Positions 26,201 through 38,175 of a DNA stretch of 64,000 bases are shown one piece after another. Made by a program: the position numbers and the translations under genes. Position 1 is the first letter of the stretch. Each line of letters begins with the position of its first letter. Source of the DNA: Azolla caroliniana (lineage: Eukaryota > Plantae > Polypodiophyta); the NCBI GenBank assembly GCA_043228905.1, contig JBHGNT010000002.1:26908001-26972000 (forward strand), in the 5' to 3' direction. The notes under the pieces were generated by a model. That model did not search any database and was not told the DNA's origin. It saw only the letters and a program-made list of their open reading frames with translations.

Positions 26201-27707
26201 TGCATTATCTTATACATGCATGAGATATGATTGCGGAGTAATTGTCCTTGATGTTCAATAGAGCAATGTGTGAAAGCTTTCTTGAGACTTGGGGGTACCA
26301 CCACAATGGTGATTAATCTCATATCAGGATACCTTTCTTCTCGCTCTGTTAGGTTGTTTGCATCCATGTGTTGACGATGAGAGGTGCAGATCAGCTGAAC
26401 GTGGGGGGTCTTTGAACCAAGGGACAGTCAGGATTCAGGCGATTTTCTAGTTCGAATCAGATATTCACTCCAAACTACCATCAAGGAGGAATGATCCCAT
26501 AACAAATAGATTTACTGTTGCTGTGGATTTTCGCAAAGTTACACTGCATATGGCAATATTCATTAGAGGGTTACAGCATTTGGGAGCTTCTTGAGAACTC
26601 AAACAGGGAATCGCGTCATTTTATCATAAAATGGGAGTTGTGGATATTCAATAGTCTTGTTACCCCTACAATTCTTTATGCCATGCATACTTGTGGTACT
26701 CGTTATGACATCATTCTAGATCTAAGGACACTACTGCTGCCTCTTTAGGGAGGAAATTGAACCACTTTTCTGATCAATACTGTTTTTCCAAAGAGCCAAA
26801 GATTTACAATCTCTATAGTAAATGGTAAACAGAAGGAACGGGTCACTCTTATGCAGAAGGCCATGTCAAGAGACCTCAGAACAAGCATATTTAGTGCACC
26901 TTGTAGAGGGATACTCCTTCACCAAGCAATTGATTTTTTGCTGGAGAATACACACATTCTATGAGGGATATTTGTTGACCGAGCAGTCCATTTGGCTCTC
27001 CAAGTGCTCAAGGATATGTGCATTATGACATAGAAAACATACTGTGCACTGAAATACAGAATACCATTGCCGAGATTAAGCATGATCTCCCAAGTCTTAC
27101 TCACGTTTTGCATCTCTTAGATACATATTTATTTTGTACGTTGTATCCTACACATTCTTGAACTGTGTTTCCTATATCATTGTACATATGGAATACCTAG
27201 TTAAGTTAGAATTTAATATTTTTGTTTACCAGACTATTAAGATCCTCATGATTCAGATAGCTATTGTCCTCATCTTACTGGTCTATAGAAATTTGAAGAT
27301 ATGTGTGCAAATTTAGACTAATCACCAAGTTACATACACATTGATAAACATGTGTTGAGATATTTCAACCAGTAACAAGCTATTGGAATGTGGATGCCCT
27401 TTTTTGCATGTGAAAGAAATCGAGCTGACCACTAATGAAAAGATAAAGAGGGAGAAAATCAATTGTGCTCCCATTGCTGGGATTGCATATGGTGGCTATG
27501 CTCGGAAGGTATACTAAATTTTAGATCATTTTCACATTAATTGTAAACTAATGTTTTCATTAAAATGTTATGCATATGCAGATTGTGTGCCAAGTTCTAG
27601 AGAAAATGAGTGTGGGTGATGATGTAAAGTTGGAGAATCATCCCTTACTCTTAACAGAAGCCTTGCATCGAGCAAGGAACTTGGTCAAGCAATTGAAAAT
27701 GAACTAG
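20236..27707 (+). CDS. ldpA: LdpA-family 4Fe-4S ferredoxin-domain protein, probably plastid-targeted
   Basis: 12 GT-AG exons (20236-20487, 20590-20638, 20740-20907, 21460-21575, 21679-21748, 21828-21918, 22174-22243, 23596-23691, 23775-23874, 24172-24273, 27373-27508, 27582-27707). They give WLKLICGAS, DCIDCAAD, PWVMVSIND..DLHFRKA, CPSNCSRPCERVCP, CYGCGRCIPVCP, DAVEIHT, WQLDGRPMSGDIG, QLAGGTN and GIAYGGYARK. Confidence 0.9.
24800..27300 (+). mobile_element. Highly degenerate non-LTR retrotransposon (LINE) remnant in LdpA intron 10
   Basis: APE-like pieces (GDLN ~25315; ILNG...FTYF...TMVDY) and post-RT pieces (LWIFNSLVTPTILYA) in broken frames. Boundaries are approximate. Confidence 0.55.
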
Positions 27708-28852
27708 AACAATCTTTAGGGTAAAGTCTGTCATCCCAGAGAAATGAAATAGCAAAAATGCCGGCAAAAACATACGAGTTAAAAAGATAATGTAATCACA
27801 ATCAAGTTCCTGTCAAATCAATTTGCAAAATGACGGTCATCCGTATGTTGAAATTGTTATAATGTTATTTAACATGAGGATCAATTATGTTTACCTAGAA
27901 CATCAATAGATTGTTTAGTTCTACAATAGATCAGTGATATAATTAAGCCCCTTTTATATTTGACCTGATAACATTTATACCCCTTACATTTCTGGATGTG
28001 GTAAAACAAATTGGACCTGTTAACAGGGAATGCAAAGTTAAATATACTTCAATGAGTTAATTTGGTGCCATTTAACTAGGCAATCAATTGTAGCTATTAA
28101 TAGGAGGCATTGGAGCTAGCAGTAACTTTTACTCCTACTTGAATTGGCAACTCCTTTATAGAATTCAATTATGGATCAATGCAAGATTTAGGCATTAAGG
28201 AGTCAATTAATTTGTTACTTCATCATTGATCATTGATGGTGATTGCTTGCTCACTTGGATAGTTAGTCATATGCAATAAAGCCACTATTTGTTTCTCTAT
28301 TTGTCTCTAGGATGAGTTTTAGATTCCATACACCCAAAAATTTGCTTATATGTTGATCCAAAGATAAATTCAAGGTATCCTTGAAATTGTATTGAAATGA
28401 TGGTACTAGCATACATGTATTTTCATTGGGGTGTGTTTGCTCTTGCTACTTCAAATAAATCTCATATGGCTCTTAAGACCACCCTCAAGTGTGTAAACCT
28501 TGTACCAAACAGTCTTTAGCCTTCATAATTGATTAAAGTGTGTTTGGTACTTGGTACTTGAATAAGCAAATAAGCTACACTCTTAGTTTTCAAGTTAAAA
28601 AGCATAGCCTAGAATTATTCGTTTACTTACTTGAGCCATCTCATAAGGAGGTATCATTACATGGTATAGTTATTTTTCTTAGTGAAACTCTAGGATGATG
28701 TTGTTTCTTTATTCCTTTTCTTTAATAGCTTCGTAAAGCTTTACACATAGAAAATGGATCAATTGATGACAAAAAACTTGGTTGGAGAATATCCAAAGTA
28801 GATATGAGCAAGCAATTATTGAATATGAACTAAAGGATAACTTAGAGGGGGA

Positions 28853-28853
<1 letters not shown>

Positions 28854-28898
<45 letters not shown>
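28854..28898. repeat. (GT)n microsatellite
   Basis: About 22 uninterrupted TG/GT units. Confidence 0.95.
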
Positions 28899-28901
<3 letters not shown>

Positions 28902-29468
28902 CTTGTTCATAGGTCAAATAACATGGCTTAAGGCCTAAAGTGTATTTGATTAGAGAGAGAGAAGAAGAAGAGAGCATAGAAATGAGTGCACCATGAAGAC
29001 ACTAGCAATCCCAATAGTAGATAGTAGTGCATGTTAGTGCGTTCAATGGACCCCCATTATGGACGAATTGTGTGCAATAATGGGACGCCCATAAAATAAA
29101 TGTTTGAAGGAACTTATATGATGTAATGAGATTACCATTGGTAAGGGGAGCAAGATGAGATAAAGAGATTCTCTTAGGGAGGGTCATAATTAAAGCAACA
29201 AATAAAAGGTGGTACGAACCCCCATTAACTAGTGATGGCTAGGAGAACTAGCTACAATGTTTTCTAGTTCATTTGTCCTTGCATTATTGAGGATCCTTTT
29301 CTCATAGACCTTTAATGTTTGTCGTTGTTAATTTAACAATCATACAAAATCAAGAAAACTTTTATCAAGTCCCAAGTTGTGTTTTGCATATATAATAAGT
29401 TGCTATCATTCTCTTCATTTCCAGTACTAGTCTCTAGACATTCATTTGACACACAATTGTCGATAACA

Positions 29469-32400
29469 ATGGCTACTAGTAACAGCAGCAGCTCACAAGG
29501 AATACCTAAATCACATGGTAATATTTGCTACCCTCCCATGACAGTTGTCTCCAATGGTATCCTCCAAGGTGACATACCCCTCAACTTCGCCTTACCATTG
29601 TTGATTGTCCAGATTGCCCTTGTGCTCCTTGTCACAAGAACCATGGGCATCTTGTTCCGACCCATCAAGCAACCCCGCGTGCTAGCGGAGATAATTGTAA
29701 GACTACTATCCTAATGCATTTCCTTACTCTTTGTGTGTGTCTCCATGCAGTTCATAGGTTCTTGAGTTTGTTCTAAATTCACACTCTCTTCTTGTCCCAA
29801 AGACTTTTGTGTTTTGCTTATTGTTCTGACTGAATTCACATTCTCTTCTTGTCCCCAAGACTCTCTGTTTTTGTTTACTTATGTTGGTTATTAGTAGATA
29901 TGGCAGAAAAACATGGGAGGGTATGCGATTAAGGAACATGGATTCCCAAAGAGAGAGATAGGTGGACAGAGATACATAGGAGAGGAACAGAGGTTGTGCA
30001 TGATCTTAGGAAAGCGGGATATAGAGAGCCAACACTATAAGATTTATGTTGGTGGATTCTCCTGTTTGAACGGATGGATTGATTAGACAGCATTGGGCAT
30101 TCTAATGCATCGATTCTGTTGTCTATATTGATGCATGCATGTACATATTAGATTTGAGTCCAGATGCACTTTCTGATGAAAATGATGATGATGGCAGGGG
30201 GGTGTGGTCTTAGGTCCAACAGCATTGGGCAGAAACGAGCTATACTTGAAGACCATCTTCCCTCCTCAGAGCATGCCTTTGCTAGAAACTGTTGCCAACA
30301 TGGGGTTAATGTTCTTCATATTCATGGTTGGGCTGGGCCTCGATCTCGATGCCCTAAGAAAGACAGGCAAACACGCGCTTCTTGTTGCACTCATCGGAAT
30401 CGCGGTGCCATTGGCAGCATCCATTGGTGTGGCAGAGCTGGTGAGAAAGACAATATCCAAGGGGGTGAGACTGGTTCCCTTGGTTGTGTTCTTGGGTGCT
30501 CCCATCTCCATGAGTGCATTCTCCGTGCTGGTGAGGATCCTGGCAGAACTCAAGATGTTAAACACGGACATCGCAAAGTTAGCAGTGCCATCAGGAGCTT
30601 TAAATGATGTGGTCATATGGACACTATTGGCCGTCGGGGTAGCAACGGCTGGTCCCACGTCAGACCAGGCTAGCGCACTCACGCCCATTTGGGTGCTGCT
30701 GTGCGGTGCAGCTTATGGATTGATCATGTTGACGGTCGTGAGGAAATTGATGCGAATAGTGGCCGAGAGAGCTGTAAGTGCATCAAGAGCTCCAGGAGGT
30801 AGAGGCAGTGAGTTGTATGTGTGCATGACTTTGATGGCAGTCCTATTGGCTGGCTTGGTAAGTGATGGCATTGGGGTGCACCCCGTGGTCGGTCCTTTCC
30901 TGTTGGGGCTGGTCATACCCAAAGGCAACGAGTTCCCGAGGATGATGACAGAGAAGATGGAAGATATTGTCACAGGATTGCTGGTCCCTCTCTTCTTTGC
31001 TTCCAGTGGATTGAAGACAAACCTAGGGGCACTTCATGGCACCACCTCCATTGCTTTCCTGATCCTCTTCTTTGCTACGGCAGCAACTGGTAAGATAGTG
31101 TCCACATTCGTGACTGCAAGGCTCATTGGGTTGGACAATAGGCAAGCATTCATCCTGGGCTTCCTTATGAACACCAAGGGCCTTGCTGTTCTCATTGTTC
31201 TCAACATTGGTAGAGATCTCAAGGTAAATCATTTTCAGTACCAACTCACTCTAGATTTCCATCTATGTTTTTATGCTCTTAGAGATTTTTGAAGCAACAC
31301 ATTGATCCGGTACCATTGACATCTACATAAGTTTGTTTATGTATGTCTGGGCCAAGCCTAGAGGAGCAACTTCATTAAGAATTAATTCAAAACAATAATG
31401 CTGATTATGACATACCCTAATGGGTGGGATTAACGATGTAATCACAACAATGAAACATTATACCTAACCTAATGATTTGGTTACATGTTGGGGACTTCTT
31501 GTAATAATCACAATAATGAAACATTATACTGAACCTAATGACTTGGTTACATGTTTGGGACTTAGTGTAATACATTATTTAAATAAAGGTTTCTGCTTCT
31601 AACCATCAAAGGTTATGGGTTCTAATACAGGTATTGACAGATGAGACATTTGCCATACTAGTGGTGACATGTCTGTTAACGTCATTTGTAACCACACCAA
31701 TGGTGATAACATTATGCAAGCCTCTTGTTAACGATGGCGACATGTGTCAAAGGCGGAGGAGTGTGGAGGAGGTAACCATGGGAGCTATTGGTAGTGAACA
31801 AAAGAAGAGAAAAGACGGATTATATATCTTAGCATGTCGATACGAGTCACGCCAGCCAGTGGCTCCAATTACAAATACTACTACTGCTTGTGCCAACCTT
31901 CTGGAAGCTATGAGAGGTAGCATTCAAGCGACATGCCCGATCAAGATCTACACACTCTCCCTCCTGGACCTCGCAGACCGTCCATCCACTCTCTTGGACA
32001 TTACTGACATAGGATGCCCGAGTGATATCCCTGGCCCTTGTCCCTCCGATACTCCTCCCTTTCTCCCCTTTGTCTTCCCATCTTCTCCTCTCCTTCATAA
32101 GCCCGCAAACCACACCTTTGCAACACTCTCTGAAGTCGACTCCATGGATGAGGACATCCTCAAATTTGCATCGAAGAAATGCGCTTCTCTCATCCTCTTA
32201 CCTTATCATCGACCCTCCCATCACCTATTCCGTAATGGTTTCCATAACGTGAACCAAAAAGTCCTTGACCATGCTCCTTGTTCTGTTGCCATCCTAGTGG
32301 ATCCAGTTTCCATGGAAGTTACCCCATCATTCTTTGCCTTCAGTACTTACAAGGTGACGGTCTTGTTTATTGGAGGACATGATGATAGAGAAGCTCTTGC

Positions 32401-32896
32401 TATTTCCTTTAGAATGCTAGATCATCCTGGAGTTACCTTGAAAGTTATAAGAATGGTCAGTCCTCCCCAGGCCCAACATGATGAAATGGCTGGCCAGAAT
32501 CTTGCTATGAGTAGCCTCAAAGACTCATCGACATTTCTTGATGAACCTAAAGAGAAGAATCTTGATGATGATGCCATATCCAACTTTAAGGGAAAAGCAT
32601 CACAAGATCCATTTGTGTATGAGGAAGTGATGTTACGAGGACAAACATTGCTCGAGGACATAAAAGCTATCACAAAAGACATGAATGATGTTAATTTATT
32701 CATCGTTGGAAGAGGAAGCCTGAGGTCAAGACTAATACTTGGAGTTACAGATCAATGTCAAAGTGAATGCAAGGAGCTGGGACTTGTTGGGGATGCTCTA
32801 TTATCGATGGGGCATGATCGCCATGCATGCCTTTTGGTGGTTCAACAACATCCTTCATGTATAGACACAAAGATACGAACTTTGAGAAAACCCTAA
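29469..32896 (+). CDS. CHX: Cation/H+ antiporter, CHX (CPA2) family
   Basis: Exons 29469-29696, 30198-31223 and 31631-32896. Motifs: SNGILQGDIPLNFALPLLIVQI, KQPRVLAEII|GGVVLGPTALG, RILAELK, ND, LMNTKGL, HAPCSVAILVD, GGHDDREAL, ELGLVGDAL and LLVVQQ. Confidence 0.95.
29776..29877. repeat. Tandem duplication, 2 x ~57 bp, CHX intron 1
   Basis: AATTCACA(C/T)TCTCTTCTTGTCCC(A/C)AAGACT occurs twice. Confidence 0.8.
31437..31570. repeat. Tandem duplication, 2 x ~66 bp, CHX intron 2
   Basis: ATCACAA(C/T)AATGAAACATTATAC..AACCTAATGA(T/C)TTGGTTACATGTT(G/T)GGGACTT occurs twice. Confidence 0.85.
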
Positions 32897-34566
32897 TTGC
32901 CCTAATCATATATATTTGCACGACCATCATACATACATAAGTTTTGCATCTCCATAAGCATACCATTATGAAGATGTGAATCATTCCAATGCAACCAGAA
33001 CAGCCTCATCATCACATCCACCGGCTAGTGACATTATTTGAATGGCTAATATTTTGTCAAATGAAAGTTGATTACAAAGATTTCAAGTTCTTTCACACAA
33101 TAGTTCTTTGGCACGGGAAGACTGGAATGCCATGAAAAACATGGATCCATCTATGCTGTGAAAAGATTGATTTTCTTAAATGTGAGAAATAAAACGTTAG
33201 ATAGATATATATATGACATCTGCAGTCCCTCCCAAATTTGTTCAGCAGTAAACGTATAAGTTTGGGCAATGTTTTTCCCTAAAAAACTCCCTTCCAAAGA
33301 TAATCTCAAAAGGTTGCATCCTTATGCTTCGGGAAATATGGTAATAGGATATATTTTGTCTCCCATGAGAGTCTTGTAACCCCTTACCCCCTTCTGTGGA
33401 TGCCAATTATAAAAATGAGGGATAAAGGTGAAAGAGCAATTATGTACAAAAAAATGCAACACATCTCTATTTCCCAAGGTACACATGTGTAGTATGCTGT
33501 GACATTCTACATAGGAATCATAATGGAATCATTGTTTAATACCTTTACAGTAGACAAAATTGATCCCCCCACATATTTATGTGTTACGTTGATAAAAGTA
33601 TCACTGAAGGGAAAGAGTTAGTGTTAATAGTGATATCAATGCAAAGATTGGATATTCCAATGCAGAAGTTATAATTTTCACTCACGCAGAGATGTTTGCA
33701 TTTTGTTTTGTAGCATATAAGTTGCGGTGGGAACATTACACCTGAGGAATTCCTCTAGTATATTAGAATAAGTACATTTCTCACAATATCCCCTAACATG
33801 ATCAATTCCAGGCATGCTTTGGCTTCACTTCGACATTACTTGGTAACTTTATGAATTTGATTTACAGGTGTGCAAGCCACAAATCTGTTCTGGAATTTAG
33901 GCTCAACTTTCGAATTTTGCATCAAATCTAAGGTAGGATACACTAGTTAGTTCTAACAGCTCCGTTGTTGACATGCACAATGGTAGCAAATTCAAATGCA
34001 TCAGAGAGGTTCAAATGAATTAGTACGAGTGCCAGTGCGTACTCAACAGCTTCCTTCGAAAAATATGTAAAACACAGGTAGAACATGAATATACAGGCAG
34101 GACTGAAGTTAGGGCAGTCGCTTAACAATTGAATTGTGGATCATCTTTGTGAAAAGCAGCAGTACCCAGAATAGAAAAGCCAAAGAACATTATGAGAGTT
34201 CATAAAACAGAGTTTGTCCATTTTACAACATGGAAAGATAGTACAACAAAATCCACACATGAATGAGTAGGTGGAGCCGTGGTAGTAGTACATTAGTTTG
34301 GAATGGGTAGTAATACACTAGTCATACAGTAGTACAGCAGGCTAAATAGAGAGAATGGAATCATAGCTGGGATAATTATGCAGAAAGGATGGGGTCATCA
34401 CCTCAATACATTCGAACCCGCGACTTTAGATTCATAGCCTAGATGACTAAAGAAGGGCCCGTTATGATCTGTTACTGCAGATCCAGTAGGAACTGTAACG
34501 ACTTGTTGAATAATGGTCGGCCCATCACGGGATGAGCGGAACAGAAAGACAGAGAGAGATGGACAG

Positions 34567-35304
34567 TCACGAAGGCAAGCTGTGCAGGGAATCGAGCCAT
34601 GCGGTAGTGACAGGATAATCGAGGTGGAGGTCCGCATCGTTGAAGAGCGAGTCATCTTCTGGAAGGATCCATCCCACCTCCCATGACTCGCCGTCAACAG
34701 AATCAGCTGCTCCATCAGGTAGCGCAAAAAGCTCGGATGGGAAGAGTCCGCAGAAGTCGTCCTGATCGCAGGTGGAGTGGATGCTACTTCCGCAGGACTG
34801 AAACGCGTCACACTCGACCGCTTCTTGTCGATGCTGCACCCTTCTTGATAGCTTCTTCGCATGGCGATTCCTATCATCATCGGTGCCATAGCTTGAGTTC
34901 AGGCCGGAGGAATTAGGAGAAGCAGAAGCAGCAGGCAAGGAGACCTCATGGACAAGGCGACGCTTACGGTTGGGGAGCTGAGGCAGAATCATGAGGGGAA
35001 TCCTGCCTTCTTCTCCCTCCTGCGCCGTTTCGTCTTCTACTCCACCTTGTCCGTCTTCTCTTTCTTCTTCTTCTTCCTCCTCCTCCTCGTCGCTGGAAGA
35101 GTCGGTTGCATCAGGGTCTGTGCAGATGACCCGCACAACACGCTCTTTGGGAGGAAGTGCTGCTGCGGATGCAGATGAGCAGATGGATTTTGGGAGGGGA
35201 AAGGAAGCAGGAGCAGGAGCAAGGGGGGCGGAGGGGTGGAAGGACAGGGGGATGGATCTCTTGATGCGTCGAGAAACGGTCTTCGAGGGTTTGAGGAGAG
35301 GCAT
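34567..35304 (-). CDS. CRF (cytokinin response factor)-domain protein lacking an AP2/ERF domain, 245 aa
   Basis: Intronless ORF from ATG 35304 (MPLLKPSK...). CRF signature RVVRVICTDPDATDSSSDEEE...RKRRLVHEV, followed by an acidic C-terminus. No YRGVRQR/WGKWAAEIRD/WLGTF in the ORF or in the listed overlapping ORFs. Confidence 0.8.
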   Translation of the reverse strand: MPLLKPSKTVSRRIKRSIPLSFHPSAPLAPAPASFPLPKSICSSASAAALPPKERVVRVICTDPDATDSSSDEEEEEEEEEREDGQGGVEDETAQEGEEGRIPLMILPQLPNRKRRLVHEVSLPAASASPNSSGLNSSYGTDDDRNRHAKKLSRRVQHRQEAVECDAFQSCGSSIHSTCDQDDFCGLFPSELFALPDGAADSVDGESWEVGWILPEDDSLFNDADLHLDYPVTTAWLDSLHSLPS

Positions 35305-35408
35305 GGCGATGGCTATGGCTATGGCGATGGCGCAGAGAGACAGAGAGAGAGACACACACACACACACAGACAAACAAACAGGGGAGGGAGGAGGGGAATC
35401 GAATTAGC

Positions 35409-35499
35409 GCGCGAAATAGATGGGGTTTAGAGTCTACTGCCCTATTCGCGCCCTTTTTTCCCGCCAAGTGGTTAGGGTAGGCGAATCGTTTCGCGCCAA
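35409..35499. promoter_or_regulatory. Cluster of four E2F-consensus sites (WTTSSCSS) upstream of the CRF-domain gene
   Basis: GCGCGAAA 35409-35416 (TTTCGCGC on -), ATTCGCGC 35444-35451, TTTCCCGCC 35457-35465 and TTTCGCGCC 35489-35497. Confidence 0.75.
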
Positions 35500-35669
35500 T
35501 TTTTGGGGTGCCGCCAACACATCAGAGCCAGGCTGGCAAACTGAGTGTGTTCTCTTTTTGACTCGTTCCTCGGAGCTTAGACATTGGCATGGCGTCCTTG
35601 TAAGTCGTGGCCATGTATGTCCCCATGGCTTTCACTATGAGTTTGCATCTGCTCATCATCGTGGCTAAA

Positions 35670-37400
35670 GAATTTCTAAAAACCTTCCAAACGTAGGGCG
35701 AATATCTGAGTCTACTAACATGAAGTTAAAACCAACTCTTGAATTGTAAGAGGATTTCATATGAACTTCTTGAGAAATGCTACAAGGGAATATGTAGTTT
35801 CCTATGGGGAATGCAAAGAACATGAGTGGTCATGGAATTGGTAATAATGAGTTAGGAATAACTACATATTAACACCCTTCAAGGAGCTAAAATGGCCTAT
35901 TAAACTACGTAAGAGAGGGAGAGAAAGATTACATCTTAAAATGTTCTATTGTTTCTAAGAACATCAAACCAATATAAATACAACTAAATATGTCTAGGGT
36001 ACTTTTAAACATCTCCAACATTGGTTATCCCAATCTTGAGGGATGATTAAAGCAAGGGAAACACCGTCTGTGTTAGGTGATAATGACCCTTCCTATCGAT
36101 GACAAGGGTGACTTGGTCGTGGTGTAAACAATCATGGCATATATCATGACATATTGTGATTGCCCAATCTATTGTTGTTCCATTTAAGTGTTGTGGTCAA
36201 TATCCCACTTTGTGTAGCCCTTTATTGACTTGTAACACAAAAAAGAAATAATGGAAGTAAAGGATGAATGATGGTTATTTGTTGGTGGGTTATTCTAGTC
36301 AAGATCCTACTTTATATAGCTCTTTATTTACTTCTAACACAAGAAGTAAATGATGTAGGAGACAGATGTTATAAATTATAATGGTTATTTGTTGATAGGT
36401 TGTCGTGGTCGTATTATTATCTATTGACAACTTTTCTCTATGTCCCTCAAGTTCTAGCAACACAAGTCCCAAAGATCAATTGTCTTCATACATCCATGAC
36501 CTTGTGTTGTGAACCAAATCTATGTTCGAAGAGTTAGTGGTATATCTCTCTTATTTCAGTAAAAACAACATGATAGCAAACATAACATTCTTCTTAATCC
36601 ACCTCCCTAATTGGGAAATCCATGCGACCATAAATTTATGTGTATAACCATTTATCTCAAACTCTAACTAATAAAATAAGGTAAATAACTGGCTTGCCTT
36701 AACATAGTGCATAGTATAAGGCATATATGTCTATAAGTTTTGATGATAAGTCCCTCTAATGAAGTGTGGGAAAACAATGCATTGTAGTGGCCCAGCTTCC
36801 TTCTCAACAATGTTGAGGGATTGATCCATGTTCTTTCGTGTCCAATTTAATGATATTAGTTTGGATCACTCTATCCTCTTTTACTTTAATCATGTTTGGA
36901 TGTGCGCAATCTAGGCGACTTTGGAATTAGGGTAATGCATTCGTACTTGCATCATGTGGATGTGGTCAATATTTCATCACCAACAATGTGACTTTCATGT
37001 ATGCACATTGATTTGCTTTAACAAGGTAACTCTTGAGTTCCAAGTCTCACAAACCATCATGAGTAGATAGGACCCATGAATATACCTGAAGGTTAGACAA
37101 GTTATAATTTACCCATTTAGTCTGAAGATATTCTTGCTTTCCACTTTGTTTGAGACGAGGGTATGGCAAGTGCCTAAGTGACACTCTACCTCGAATGCGC
37201 TCGATTGTACATATTTTCTATAGCCTTGACGTGCATATCTATCCTTGAGTAGAGTTTGGATTGTGAAGAAGAAGATGGATTAAACAACACCTTTACATTG
37301 CTTACAATAGATACACTTTCACATCGATGCAAGAGACCAAAGCTAGTGGGCATGCATGCTTGTTTTAGTCTAAACATGCTAGCCATGATCTGATATACAC
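35670..37400 (-). mobile_element. Degenerate LINE 3' portion (ORF2 C-terminus and 3' UTR)
   Basis: Homologous to 40381-41230 and 44120-44830. The minus strand shows a broken Cys/His-finger region (EECYVCYHVVF.EIR..YH.LF). Shares the family tail motif. Confidence 0.7.
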
Positions 37401-38175
37401 CATTACATGCGTTGTGGGTTCAAAATATTTGCTTCTCCTAAACTACAAGATACATCACAAACTAACGACCTTACACGAGCACTGAAACAATATTTACGAC
37501 CATCACAATTACGCCCTAATTCTCTTTCTCTCTCTCTCTAGCGTGTGTTTTGTTGTACTATTGTATGACTAGTGTACTGCTACTACTACAAACCCAATCG
37601 GTGTACTACTACCGAGTAGTGCTAATGTTTGGGTTTCCTTGTACTAACTAGTTCCTTGTACGTAGTAAAAAGGTAGTTATGGTCCCATCGCTCAAGGTAT
37701 GTTCCCCTATCAAAATAGTGGAGATAATGAAGAGTATATATATGTGTGTGTATATATATATATTATATATATATGGGTGATAGGCATTAGCGAGGTTGGG
37801 ACGAGCAGGGGCCTCTAGAATACATATTTGTGTGCGTGCAGTGTTCAGGAAATACTTACATACTGATACTGTATACATATGTGATATGTATGTGATATGT
37901 ATGTATGTACAGAATGAATGATACGTCGTCGATCGAACCAGAGCCTCAATTCGCAAATCACGAGATTAAGAAGATCAGCGTGCACCCGGAGATGATTAGA
38001 TTAGAGCGGGGCATATGCAAGGCAGAGCATGATTGATTGCTCTGTTTTACAAGAACAAGAGGTTAATAATCAATTTTTGCTGCTACTTGTGTATATGGCC
38101 TTCTAGAAACTTAGCCTCTCCTCCTGCAAGATCACCCACCTGTTTATATATGTAAAGACAGTAGCTGCAGCGGCC

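Noticed and set aside
34567-35373. 268-aa version of the CRF ORF
   Set aside because: It starts at a TTG and the extension runs through (TG)/(TC) microsatellite. ATG 35304 is the credible start.
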